A stretch of 64,000 nucleotides of DNA, taken from NCBI RefSeq assembly GCF_011386835.1, contig NC_088810.1, positions 23,808,001 through 23,872,000 of the forward strand. The letters run 5' to 3'. This DNA comes from Chrysemys picta bellii. Lineage: Eukaryota. Positions within the stretch are counted from its first letter, which is position 1. Each line of letters starts with the position of its first letter. The notes under the pieces are model-generated. The model saw nothing but the letters and a program-made list of their open reading frames with translations. It made no database searches and had not been told where the DNA came from. Below are positions 34,163 to 46,126 of this stretch, piece after piece. Made by a program: the position numbers and the translations under genes.

Positions 34163-36519
34163 ATGCCACCCCCAGAGACCCTGATCTGGGCAGGCCGTGG
34201 GGGCAGCGGGTGTTCTGACTCCTGCCAGGTGGCCTGGGTCACTTCGTCTGGGCTTTGCTGGAGCAATGAGGAGTTTGTAGCCAGAGATCCCAAGGCCGGG
34301 CGGCCTTTCCGGAGCTCCCACCAGCTCCAGCCATGGAGGGAAGGGTGAAAAGTGCCCGTCCTGGTGGTGACAGTGCGTCTCAGCTGGGAGGGGCCAGGAG
34401 TGCCAGGCAAGGGGTGACCACAGGCCAGCAAAAGACATGGGGCAGCAGGCGTGAGAAGGACCCGGGGGTGGGGGGGAAAGCGGGGGATTCAGCCTTGCAG
34501 AGATCCTGGGCTGCCGCCCCCACCCTGTGGAACACGTCCCATTTGAAGGCAGTGCCCCAGGCTGGGTTGTGATGCCAGTTACCCCAGGGTAAAGCGGGAA
34601 TCCTCCTGATTAAGTCATTTGGAGCAGAATCCAGCCCTTGGGAGGAGGCGGCGTGGGAGGGGGCGCAGCTCACGGCGGGTGGGCGGCGAAGGGAGGCGGT
34701 TGGGGAGCTGCCGGTCAGCCTGAGATCGGCAGGGGCGGCACAGCCCACGGGGGCGGCTGGGGTATGTTAGTGGGGGAGCTATTTGCTGGGCCCCAGCAGA
34801 GAACCACAACCTGGGCCAATGGGGGGAGGGGCACGGCCTCAAATCAACCCAGACTCCAACCACAGGAAATTTTCCAGCATTTGTCATCAAGAAATGGAGC
34901 AACCAGTCCCTCCTTGCCCTGCTACACACACCCAAGAGCTCGCACCTTCCCACCCACCCATGCCTGGCGCTGGGGAAAGGTTCCCTGGCACCTTGCAACT
35001 CAGCCCACGGCAGCCTGCAGGGGGCGCCACGCTGGTGGCAAGAGACGGGGGCCGGTTCCCCCACTGCCCTGGGTGGGATCCGCCATTGGGGTCGATCTGC
35101 GTCACTGCAGTGAAGCCAAGAGCGACTGATGGGAGCTGGCGCTGCATGGATGCGAAATGCCCCCGGATCCGAACGCTCCTCTCGCTCGCTCCTGCGCGGC
35201 ACGGGGGGAAGGGCCAGCACTGCATGAAGGGCCACGGAGAATCGGGCCCCGTGATCCACCCAGTCAGGCTTCGGAGCTTTCCCCCCGGTCCCCGTGCCCC
35301 TGGCCATGGCTATTGTGAAATCCTGCTGGTCGCCAGCAAGGGGCTGCGTGGTCAGGTCGCTAAGGACCCTATACTCAGGCTCAGGAAGGGGGGGGGTCCA
35401 TTTGGAGCTGTGCTGCAGCCCCCCTGTATGGCACTGGGCCTGTCTCTGTTTCTTGGGGTGTCAGGTCCCCACCTCTAAAACAGGGACCATAAACCAGCCT
35501 TTGCCTGCTTAGATACTTCAGGGCAGGGCCGGTCTCCTGCTCTCTGTATGGGCAGCACCCAGGACAGGAGGCCTGGCCGCGCTGGGAGCTCCCGGTGCCA
35601 CCAGCAGCAACGGAAATCCTGAGCCTTGCTCTGATCCAGCGCTCCTCGGTGGGGCTCAGGCCTCGCTTTCTCACCGAGCCGGGACACGCTCAGCTTCTCC
35701 ATGAGGCTGGGGAAACCCAGCCGCGCACACGCCTAGTTCTGTGTCCCACACAGAAACCTCGCACGCGCACACACACACTGGCTCATCTGGGTGCTGGACC
35801 CGCAGTCGAGTTTGGCCAGTTCATCCCCATTCCAAGCAGCCGGTGACATCGGCGCTGGATAGGAGACAAAGGGTGATCAGCCCCGGGAGAGCTGGCGGTT
35901 CCTGACTAAACCCCTGGCGGTGAGTCAGCATCCCAGGGGACTGGACCGGGTTTTCAGATGAGTGACACCCTGATTCCAGGGCTCACCCTCCGTGAGTAAT
36001 GCCATCACACTGCTGGAATGGATGGACAGCACCCCGGGACCTGACCTGGGGGAAGCTGTGAGCTGTCAGGGCGGGAAGTGACACCATCCAGAAAGCGTGC
36101 AGCCTAACGCCAGGTTCCTCTTCACCCCGGGGGGTCGGGACTGAACCTCCAGATCCCGGATTTCCCCTCTCCAGGGAATCCCCAGGGCGGGGCCAGGAGA
36201 GCTGGGCCATGTGCTGTCTCCGAGCTTGGCACAAATTCCTTTTGGCCCCGGGGACAGAGGGCTTGTCTGGGGAGCTCCTGTCTTGGGCCCGGAGGAGGGT
36301 GATGGGCCATGGGGAGTAGCTGTGCTTTGAGACACCAGCCCTCCCCTACCCCGCACCAGCCCCTGCATGACGCAGTTAAGGTCTCAACATTCTTCTTTCC
36401 TGTCTCCCCTCATTTGGCAACGGACGCCTGGGCCCAATTCTCAGGGGCGCCATTCAGCCATCGGGGCAGGGAAAGAGTTAGGGGATATAAGCCACCTTCA
36501 GCATGCGCTGTGTCCTGTC

Positions 36520-36830
36520 CTGAAAACGTGCAATCAGCCGTACTGGGTCAGACCAACGGCCCATCTAGCCCAGAGTCCTGTCTCTGACGGGCTGGTGCCA
36601 GGTGCTTCGCAGGGAATGAACAGAACAGGGCAATCATCAGGTGATCCATCCCCTGTCGTCCAGTCCCAGCGTCTGGCAGTCAGAGGTTTGGGGACATCCA
36701 GAGCAGGGGGTTGTACCCCAACCATCTTGGCTAATAGCCATTGATAGACCTATGCTCCATGAACTTCTCTCATTCTTTTGGCCTTCACAACATCCCCTGG
36801 CAATGAGTTCCACAGGTTGACTGGGCGTCT
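36520..36830 (-). mobile_element. CR1 3' UTR fragment
   Basis: Reverse complement of the same 3' end as 11291-11418 (tactgggtcagacc...ccatctagcccag...ggcaatgagttccacaggttgac). Confidence 0.6.
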
Positions 36831-37377
36831 ACACAGCCACAGTTGCACGTGCCCGGCGAGCCAGGGTCAGGGGCTGGCTGTCGCGGGCTGGGCAGCCACC
36901 CCCCCACACACACACCGCCCGAAAGCCCTTTGCCTGCATGACTTGAAAGCAGGCTGTAGGGGGCGAGCTCCCTAGGACCCCACCCAGGACTTCATCCTGT
37001 GCTTTTCCAATCCAATGGGGCTGCGGGCACAGCCTTATCCCCCCAAGCCCGTCCAGCCATCTCCATCTCCCCTCGCACGGAGCATTCCTCTCTGACCCCT
37101 GGGCAGCGAGGGGAGGAAGCACCCAGGCAGAGGCTGTGAGCCAGGGCCTAGCACAAGGCAGGGCCTGCCTCCTACCAGTGCTCGGGGATTCCCAAGAGCG
37201 GGGTCCTGGTGCCAGGTGGAGGGAGCTTGGTGTTACATACTCTGGGGCAGGCAAGCCGGACACTGGATGGGGAGGACACTAGGGGGCAGCAAACTGGACC
37301 AGGCTGTCCCACTACCCAGGCTGGTTTCTTATGGGACAGGGGGTCCAGGGGAGGGCTCGGAGCAGGCGCCCCAGGGC

Positions 37378-37500
37378 TAGGGTGACCAGATGTCCCAATT
37401 TTATAGGGACATTCCCAATTTTGGGGTCTTTTTCTTATATAGGCTCCTATTACCCCCACCCCCTGTCCCGATTTTTCACACTTGCTGTCTGGTCACCCTA
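37378..37500. mobile_element. Second copy of the same hAT MITE, opposite orientation
   Basis: TIRs TAGGGTGACCAGA / TCTGGTCACCCTA; the body is approximately the reverse complement of 3241-3363. TSD is degraded. Confidence 0.85.
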
Positions 37501-39786
37501 CTGGGGCAGGAGAAGGGTGCTGAGGTTGCAGAGAGGTAGAGATCCCAGGTCTGAAGCAGCAGCACAATACCAGTCCAGCAGCCGGAGGGACGTGTATAGC
37601 ACAGGTGGGCGTCCGGTGGGATGAGACAGCGACCTGGTCGTCTCCGCTCGTGCTCCAATGGACAAGCACCCACAGCATCGGGCCTGTCAGCAGCCTGACA
37701 AGGCCACAGAGACTGGGCCAGGGGGTCCTGCCAAGGCAGGGCTGAGGCCTGGGGGGAGCTCCCGTTGCCAGTGGCTGCCCTGGGCATGCCCCCAGCACAG
37801 CTGTCGGACCCCCAAGAGGAGGGGCAGCGTGGTTAATGGATTGCACACAGGGGTGGGCATCACGGATTCCTGGGTTCCGTGCCCACCTCGCAGTTTGGCC
37901 CTGGGGGAAGCCCTTCTGTGCCTCGGTTTCCCTAGCCGGACATGGGGCTGAGTTCTAAGGCTGTCAGGAGGGCTAGCAAGGGGATGTTTGCAGAGGGATT
38001 TTGGCAGGAAAGGAGCTAAGTAAATCACATTATTATTCCCTCCCATCTGCCCTGGAGTCACCCCCTGCCCAGTGTTTGGGGGCTGTGGCTGGTGGGGATA
38101 AATAAAGCGGCTTTGTATCGTTTTGCTTCCCTCAGCCATGAATCCAGGGTCTGTTCGAGCCCAGCAGGACTCTGGGGAAAGGGCTGGGCTGGGTTTTCTA
38201 AATACACAAACAGGCTGTTTATTTTCCAGCAGGTCGAATGTGAACTCAAGTTCCCCAAAGCCACGGAGAATTCAGCCTCTCGTGACCCTCTGCAGCCTGG
38301 GGGAATGAGCCTGCCCTCCCGGGGCACTCGCGGTTTGGGTCAGCTTCTCCAAACCTCCCGGGTTTAAAACCTGAGCAAGTGAACTCAGCGAAGCCCAGTG
38401 CTGTGTGACTGCCAAACAGCTGCTGGGTCCCACCCCAGAGGGGGCTGCACTGCCATGTGCTGCAAAGCACTCTGGGATCCTTTCTGGATGAAAGGAGTCT
38501 ACTAAGGATGACGGTATTTTCCTTCTCTCCCTGGCCGGTTCCCCAGCTCCTCTGCTGCCCTGCAGGCCTCCGGCATTGGCTGAGCGCTTCTGGGGCAGTT
38601 CCGCTTATTTAGGCCAAAAGAAAACAAACTGGAGACAAATAAACCTAGCGCAAAGGCACAGTGTGTTCACCGCACTGCCCTCCCACTCCGAACCCAGGCC
38701 AGCCAGCCAGCTCCTCGGCCAGGGGACTTGGGCAAAGCTAGGCTGGTGTGCACGAGGGGAGGATCAGTCCCAGTGTTGCCCGAGGACTGTGCATTCGGCA
38801 CGAGCGTCGTGTACTGGGGCCCCGGCCTCCAGCGCCTGCACCTTGACTCATCATTTCCACCAGTGGGTGTAAAACACTCCCCAGCTGAGCTGCGTTTTAC
38901 AGCCACTTTGCACGGGCGGGAACGATTGTGCAAGGTGGGGGGGGGCAATGGTGAATTGGGCCCTTGGCACCAGGTCGCTGGCTGGATTGACCATCCCTGA
39001 AGGGCTGAGGCTGCTAGCCCTGAAATCAACCACCCATGTGTCAATGTCTCCTCTCCAAACCCCAGAGCGGCAAAACCTCCCTGTGGGTCAGGGGATGCAA
39101 CCACCCCCTAGGATCCTGCTGCGTAACAGCGACGGCTGCTCCCCACACTGATCGGGGAGCGAGCCAAGCTCACCCAGCCCAGGCATTGGCAACAGGAGCG
39201 ACTGGTTTATCTGGGTCAGTGCGTAGCAAGGCAGAGGCTAAAACCTGTTCCGAGATACCATAACCTGCTTGGCACGTCAGGCTGAGCTCCCCCGCGAGCT
39301 CACACTGATAATTGCTTCTCCCAGGGATCTGCCAGTGTGGACATGTTGGGGCTGGAGTTTCTGGAGCAGTTTTGCCAGGCCGATGTGCCAGGGCGCTCCA
39401 CCCTTGGGAGGCGCTTTAGACAACAGCTCCTGATGGGCGGGATCCCCGTGGGACAGGCCAGGAAGCCAGGAGACCCAGCACAAGGGGGTGTTTGTTCACG
39501 GTTAGATTCTGAGCTCAGCTGTCCTGGTGTAGAGCCAGAGACATTCCACTGGAACTGAGTGGGGTGAGTCAGGATTTACGCCCAGATCAGAATCCGGCCT
39601 GGAAGGTTGAACATTTTAGGCAGAGATTTTTCAAATGCGCTTAAGGGAGTTTTGGGGCTAAAACGCTTGGGAATCAGGAGTCATCCAAGAGCCTTGGGCG
39701 GCCCTGCTCCCCGCTCAGCTCGGTGCTTTCAGGGCCACGCCAGAGAGGGAGGATTGGGCACCGTCGTCAGACTTGTGCTAAAACCA

Positions 39787-39958
39787 GGGCTCAAGTCCCT
39801 GCTGTGCCGCTGAATTCCTGCATGACCTTGGTCCACACACTTAACCTCAGCTCCCCCCTCTATAGAACGGGGACATTAGCACTCCCTGCCTCAGAGGGGT
39901 TGCGAGGGTACATGTCTTAAATACTGTGAGGTACTCTGATGCCACAGTGAGGGGCGCC
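39787..39958 (+). mobile_element. MIR-like SINE (other MIR cores at about 2012-2085, 40340-40420 and 40520-40640)
   Basis: B-box-like gggctcaagtccc, then tgaccttgg and cctcag...ctctatagaacgggga. Cores elsewhere read gcctc(a/g)gtttcccca(t/c)ctg. Confidence 0.55.
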
Positions 39959-42900
39959 AGCCAACTACCTAAGAAAGTATTTATCTGAGTCTGGTAAAAA
40001 TTATGCTGCAGTTCTAGGCACTGACCCAAAACCCGATGCAGACAAGGGGGTGGGGCAGGGCATGGGGGGATTTTGGTGGGCGTCAGATCTGGCCCCTTGT
40101 GTCTCTGCAGTTAAGCCCATTTCTGTGTGTGTGTTGTGATAGGGTCCCCCTTGCCAGGCACTGACCCGTCTGCACACAGGGAATTTCACTCCTCCGGTGC
40201 CAGGGCATAGGTCCTCTCCCATTCTTCCCCAGCTCCATCCAGCCACTAAAGGCCGGGACCGCTGTGAACTTGCTGTGTCAGAGACAGGTGTGGGGATGAG
40301 CCCAGGACTTGGAAGCAAGAACCTCCTAAATTCTAATCCTCACAGGAAATCCTCCATGGCCGAGGGCAAGTCATTTGACCAGCAAGTGCCTCGGTTTCCC
40401 CATCTGTAAAATAATAATAACAGGCTAGAACTTTAATTAGTTGGCATCTGGAAGATCAAACCACCGTGTTAAAATAATCCTCTACCCCATCAGGTCAAAG
40501 GGTTTAGACAAACATTGTTCAGTATTATCACCTTTCACGGGGGGGGACAGGCACAGAGAATGGACGTGACGCGCCCTAAGTCACACAAGCAGTCTGTGGC
40601 AGAGCTGGCATAAGAACCCAGAGCTCCCAGCAGTCCTTCCCAGGATCAGGAAGGGAACCCAGGAGTCCTGGCTCCCGGTCCTGCGCTTTAACGGCTAGAC
40701 CTGTCCCTGTCTCTGCTTTACTGCTCTAAGCCGAGCCTGCCAGCCATTCCAGCTTGGAGCGGGTAACAGCCTTTGTAGGGTAACGCCTGAGTGTCCACCC
40801 GCAGCACCCGGCCGGCCGCCAGACACCCAGCACCTGGTCTGGGCTCTCCCCTCCCCATCCTGCCCCCCCGGGCCGGACAGTCGTAACTCCGAGGTTCAGA
40901 GGTTCCTGTCTCCAGCGCCAGATGGGCCCTGCCAGGGTATTTCCTCCTGCGCTTCCCGGCCTAGCGAAGACGCCAATGCCCCGTATCTGGTTCCCTTACC
41001 GGGGCCTGATTCTCAGTCCCGCAAGCCAGGGAGCTGGGCCGTCTGGGCCTGAGAAGCGAGCAGGGCTGGGGGCATTGGGGTGCTGGGCGGGGGGGCCCAA
41101 GAGAGAGGCCCCTGGAACTCCAGCCCCGCACCATGCATTGCAGACGGGCGCCAGGCAGGGAGCGGGACACAGAGCCAGAGTTTTCTGTCAAGAAACGGAA
41201 CGGCTCGAAGGGGTGCCAGCGAGGGGCAGAGCCTGCCAGCCAGCAGAGAAAGCAGCTGTTGGTGCCGGCTGAGCCAGCCCCCCGCCCCCCCAGCTCTGTC
41301 CAGCTGCCAGTTCCCCTTCTTAGGACATGGGCTGGGACGCGAGGGCGGTGGGAAGGAGACCGGGGCCCCGCGGCATTCAGGCTTAGCGCACGCAGCAGAC
41401 AGGGGCACTCCGGCAGCAGTCTGCGCCCACCCACTAGTAAGTGGCTAACTACGGCTCCCAAGCAAACGGGCCGGGGGGGGGGCACTCAGGCTCGTGGGGT
41501 TTGGGGAAGGAAGGACGGGGGCATAATCCTGCTCTCGCTCGCCATGGGGTGACTGGACTTGGGGGCGGGGGAGCACAGGGGTGGGCTCAGGCTGGCCAGG
41601 TGCTCGCTGGTGGGACTGGAGGGGGGATGGCTTCTGTGGGCTGGGGGTGCCATTAGCCAGGGACCCACGGAGCTGGCGTGGGGCAGGGCCCAGGGAGCGG
41701 TCGGGCCTGCTCCTGCTCCCATGTGAGGCGAAGCCCTCGCTGGCGCCGAGGGGAGCAGGACTGCGGCCCCATTTGGGGGGGGATGGGAGCGGGTGTGGGG
41801 GGGCAGGTATGAGTCGGGGGGCAGTGCTGGCAGGAGGGCGCGCTCGCAAATGGGGGTGAGAGGAGGGTCGAGGGGGCTGTGCTTGCAGCATGGGGAGAAA
41901 GAGGGGTCCCCCTGCTTTTGCTCCCCTCGAGCCCCAGAGCTTTGGGTTGGGAGAGTGAACGGCCCCTGGGGTACGACCCCCGGCACGTGCCCACCCTGGC
42001 CCCTGGGGTAGGACTCCCCCCCGCCACTGCTGCTCCCCACCCTCCCTGGCCCTGCCCTGGGGTATGACCGGCCCCAGCCCCTTGTGTACCCTCTGGCTGC
42101 CATAGCCAGCAACCCCTCCCCCCTGCACTGAGGGGGCCTCGTCTCTGGGGCGGGGCATTCCCAGGGGCAGTTCCCACCCCCCTCTGCTCCCTCTCCTTTG
42201 TCCGGGGCCAGTCTCCAAAGGGTCTGAGACTGAGCTAGGGTTTTGCTGAGTTCATTCAAGCCACAGACTCGGGAGATATCCCCCATGTCCCCTGCCCCAC
42301 CCCCCCAGCTCAGACGGCTGCAGCCCCCTCCCTCCCACCCAGAGGGTGCAGTCATCCCCCCCCCCCCCCAGGAGCTGCCCCGCCCCTGCCCACATGGGGA
42401 GCTGCACCGGCCAAGTGGGTGAGCTCTGTGTCGGGCAGCAAATAGCTCCCCTGCCCCCCATCCCCTCAACCCTGGGGGGGCCAGGCCAGGCTGGTCTGGC
42501 CCCACAGCAGGGCCCAGCTGGGCAGCCCTGGCCAGGGGACTTCCCAGCCCAGATGTGTGGGGAATGAGAGGCTCCGTCCTGCCTGGCGCTGAGGGGGGAT
42601 CTGCTCTGTACTTCCCCCCTATGATACAGGACCCCCAGATGGGAGTCAGCGCCCCAGCCTGAGTCCCTGTGCCGGACCCCAGCCGGAGGCCCAGGGAGCG
42701 GGATCAATCCTGCAATGCAGCTTCCAGCCCGGGAATGTGTCCTTAGACCCCTTTGGGGAAGGTGTGTGGCCCAGCGAAATGCCAGCCGGCCGCCCCCCAC
42801 CCCGTCCGGCCATGCCACGCCCTAAACCAGGCAGGGAGAGGGAGGGTGGGGGGCTCCAGGGGCTGTGAGTCCAGATTGGGTCTGGGGGAGGGGGAACAGC

Positions 42901-43705
42901 AGTCTCCTACTCCCAGAAACCTGCGTCAGGTTTCATGGTGCTGCCCATCCCCGTGGTGTCGGAGCTGGGGTAGGACAGCTACGGGTGGGAGGCCGCTGGG
43001 GACGATGACAGACGTGGCGGGGGCAGGTTATCGCTTTTTTAAATGGTGCAACTAAATATTGTCCCCGTTTGGGCTGCGCCATCTCGTGCTTTGCTCATCT
43101 GTTTCAACTGGAAGCTTTGTGAGGCAGGGGCCATGGCCTCGCTCTGCCCCCAGCCCAGCCGGGCCTCGGGTCTGGGCACTGTTGTCCTCCCCTGCTCAGC
43201 TGTGTGTCATAGCCTCTCTAGTACTAATGAAGATTCTCCCTTTGTACAAGTGGCAGCGGCCTAGCTTTATGGGGCAGGAGGGCGCGAGCTGGCTGTGGAG
43301 GTGACGTTCTCAGGCCCTGTTGGGGTGCCGGGAGTTTTTGACGTTGTCTTATACTGCTAGAGAGCCCGTCAGCTGCGGGGTCCCGGAGCGTCGTACACGG
43401 AGGGCGCTGGGTGCCGGGGGGCCACGGGGCCGAGCGGGGTATAAATAGCTCTGATCGCTAGCGGAGTAGATTAGACAGAAGCGTTTCACCCGGCTGTGAA
43501 ATGCAGCCACCTCTGCAGTGGCATGCAGGGGCGGTGCTGGCCGGGAAGAACAATGCCGTGTGGGACTGAGCCCGCAGGTGGGGACCCAGGATATGATTAG
43601 TTCCCCAATTAGTGTCTGCATTGGAATTCAGGCCAGCCAGCCGGTTTCCGCCCGGGTCTTGTGCAACAGAGCCATGGGCTCAGGGACTCGGATTAATGTC
43701 TCCTG

Positions 43706-44155
43706 CCGCACGGCGCCCCCTAGCGCCACGCCGGGCCAGCACTGACAGCAAGGGGAGAGCGCCCCCTACCGACCCCCACTCCCTGCCGCACGGCGCCCCC
43801 TAGCACCACGCCGGGTCAGCACTGATGGCGAGGGGAGAGCGCCCCCTACCGACCCCCACTCCCTGCCGCGCAGCGCCCCCTAGCGCCACGCCGGGCCAGC
43901 ACTGACGGCAAGGGGAGAGCGCCCCCTACCGACCCCCACTCCCTGCCGTGCAGCGCCCCCTAGCGCCACGCCGAGCCAGCACTGACGGCAAGGGGAGAGC
44001 GCCCCCTACCGACCGCCACTCCCTGCCGCGTGGCGCTAGGCCGGGCCAGCACTGACGGCAAGGGGAGAGCGCCCCCTACCGACCCCCACCCCACTCCCTG
44101 CCGCACGGCGCCCCCTAGCACCACGCCGGGCCAGCACTGATGGCGAGGGGAGAGC
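43706..44155. repeat. 80-bp tandem repeat, about 5.6 copies, rich in CTCF-like motifs
   Basis: gagagc anchor at 43755, 43835, 43915, 43995, 44065 and 44150. Confidence 0.95.
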
Positions 44156-44839
44156 AGGTCTCCCTCCTGGGCTCTGTATTTGCAGCAGAGGGAGAGAGGG
44201 GGGATCCCCTGCTTTTGCGGCTCTCGATCCCCAGAGCTTTGGGCTGGGAGGGTGGAACTGGCTCCCCCAGGGACGCTGGCCCCTGAGGTATGAGCCCCTG
44301 CTCCCAGCCCACCCTGGCCCTGGGGTATGAGCAACCCTGTCTCTGAGCATGAGATCAGGTATGGGGGCAGCCCCCGGGGTATCAGAGCTTGGGGCTCCCC
44401 CTGTGGGTGGGTCTGGGGGCAGCCAAGGGGCACTTCCCCCTGGCAACACCCTTGTGCCCCCCCGGCTCCATGTCTGTAACAGGAGCTGCGCCGTGCCGGC
44501 TCTATCAGCCAAGCTCCGGGCCAGGAATCTGGTTTCCTGGCTCCGCTGTTACCGCAGCAACCTTTCAAGCAGGGATTTTTTAATTTGACAAGGGGCCTTT
44601 ATATAGACATGCAGCGCTAGGCCGAGGGGGGCTCGGGTCCGTTACCCGATAGGGCCCCCCCGCCACGCCACGCCGGCTCCCATTGTCCAGCCGGAGCCGC
44701 CAGGAGACATCCGATAGCCGGGGCCTTATCAGCACCGGGGGCAGAGTGAAAGCAGCAGGATGGGTTACAGGCGTCTGCGCCACCATGGCTGGCACCGGTT
44801 CAGGAGCAAATATACCAGAGTGTTCCACAGCACTGAGTC

Positions 44840-45235
44840 AAGGTACTGGAGTAACACTCGGACATAGTGCTGGAGTAACAGTGCCGGGCCATCTGGCATA
44901 GTGTATGACCCCACAAATACTGTAGTAATGCCAAGCCAAGGTACTGGAGTGACACTCGGACAAAGTACTGGAGTAACAGTGCTGGGCCGTCTGGCGCAGT
45001 GACCCCACAAATACTGTAGTAATGCCAAGCCAAGGTACTGGAGTGACACTCGGACAAAGTACTGGAGTAACAGTGCTGGGCCGTCTGGCACAGTGACCCC
45101 ACAAATACTGTAGTAATGCCAAGCCAAGGTACTGGAGTGACACTCAGACAAAGTACTGGAGTAACAGTGCTGGGCCGTCTGGCGCGGTGACCCCACACTG
45201 TAGTAATGCTGAGCCAAGGTACTGGAGTAACACTG
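44840..45235. repeat. About 94-bp tandem repeat, 4.3 copies
   Basis: aaggtactggag at 44840, 44938, 45032, 45126 and 45216. Confidence 0.95.
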
Positions 45236-45329
45236 TTGTGCTGGCTGTGGTAATGACCCCAAATACCGTCACACCCCCAGCCTGCTGCAGTCCTGGGTCC
45301 CCAGTACTGGAGTACCGTTGTGCTGGCCC

Positions 45330-45552
45330 CAGCGGTGGGGAGTTCGAGCTAGACAAACGCAGGCAGGAAATCAGATGCCGGTCGTTAACATTGAGGGTCA
45401 TTAGCCAGTGGGACAATTTACCAAGGTCTGGGGGGATTGTCCATCAGTGGCCATCTTTGGGGTGTTTTCCTAAGGGCTCTGCTCTGGTTCCAGCAGGAAT
45501 GAAGGCAGGGAGGCGGACGAGATCGTGGGGTCCCTTTGGGCCTGGGAATCTG
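45330..45552 (+). mobile_element. Old CR1 3' fragment
   Basis: gagctagacaaacgcaggcaggaaatcag...ttaacattgagggtcattagccagtgggacaatttaccaagg resembles a CR1 ORF2 end and UTR. Confidence 0.5.
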
Positions 45553-46126
45553 AGCGGCTGCTGCTTCAGTCCCAGGGCGATGGTGGAGGAGAAGGGGTCT
45601 GTGGTTGAGGCCCCACTCTGAGGAATGGGGTCAGTGGGATCGACGCAGCTGCCTGTGCCCCTCACAACTGTTAAACGGCCCCAGAGAGCTGAGGGGCTGC
45701 TCCCGGATTAGCCCCATGGATCCCCCTGCCCCTCAATTGGCCCTGCCTGGCGGGTGGGGTCCTTCAGCGTCAAATGTTGAATGATTTGTGCCCCCGTGGA
45801 TTCTCTTCCGAGGCACACGTGTATTGTCTTCTGGGCCCTACTGAAAATTTGAACCCTGCCTAGGCGCCTCTTGGTGGGGCTGAGACGAGGCAGAGAGCGT
45901 GTGCACATGCAGGGAGAGGCGTGAGGCACCCGTAGCTCCGTGTGCATGGGCGTGCGTGCGCATTACAGTCTGTGCAGCCCCTCACACGGACGGAGCTCCC
46001 CTGCTACAAACAGGCCCCTCCGCTGTCCCTGTCCCTTTAAATCAGGTGAGCACTGGACCAGCATCGCCAGCCAGGCTGTCCAGTCTCTGGTATCAGATCC
46101 TCCTGCAGGGAGGGGGGCTTGGCTCT

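Noticed and set aside
41445-42505. 257-339 aa minus-strand ORFs
   Set aside because: Stop-poor GC-rich DNA with overlapping ORFs in several frames and no recognisable motif.
29300-43700. An additional S100 paralogue or pseudogene between S100A13 and S100A1
   Set aside because: No EF-hand or S100 helix-1 signature seen in either strand's ORFs. A tBLASTn would be needed to exclude a highly decayed remnant.
44765-45262. Repeat-spacer-like pattern as a CRISPR array, and its repetitive ORFs
   Set aside because: The intervening sequences are repeated rather than unique spacers, there are no cas genes and the context is eukaryotic. It is a VNTR.
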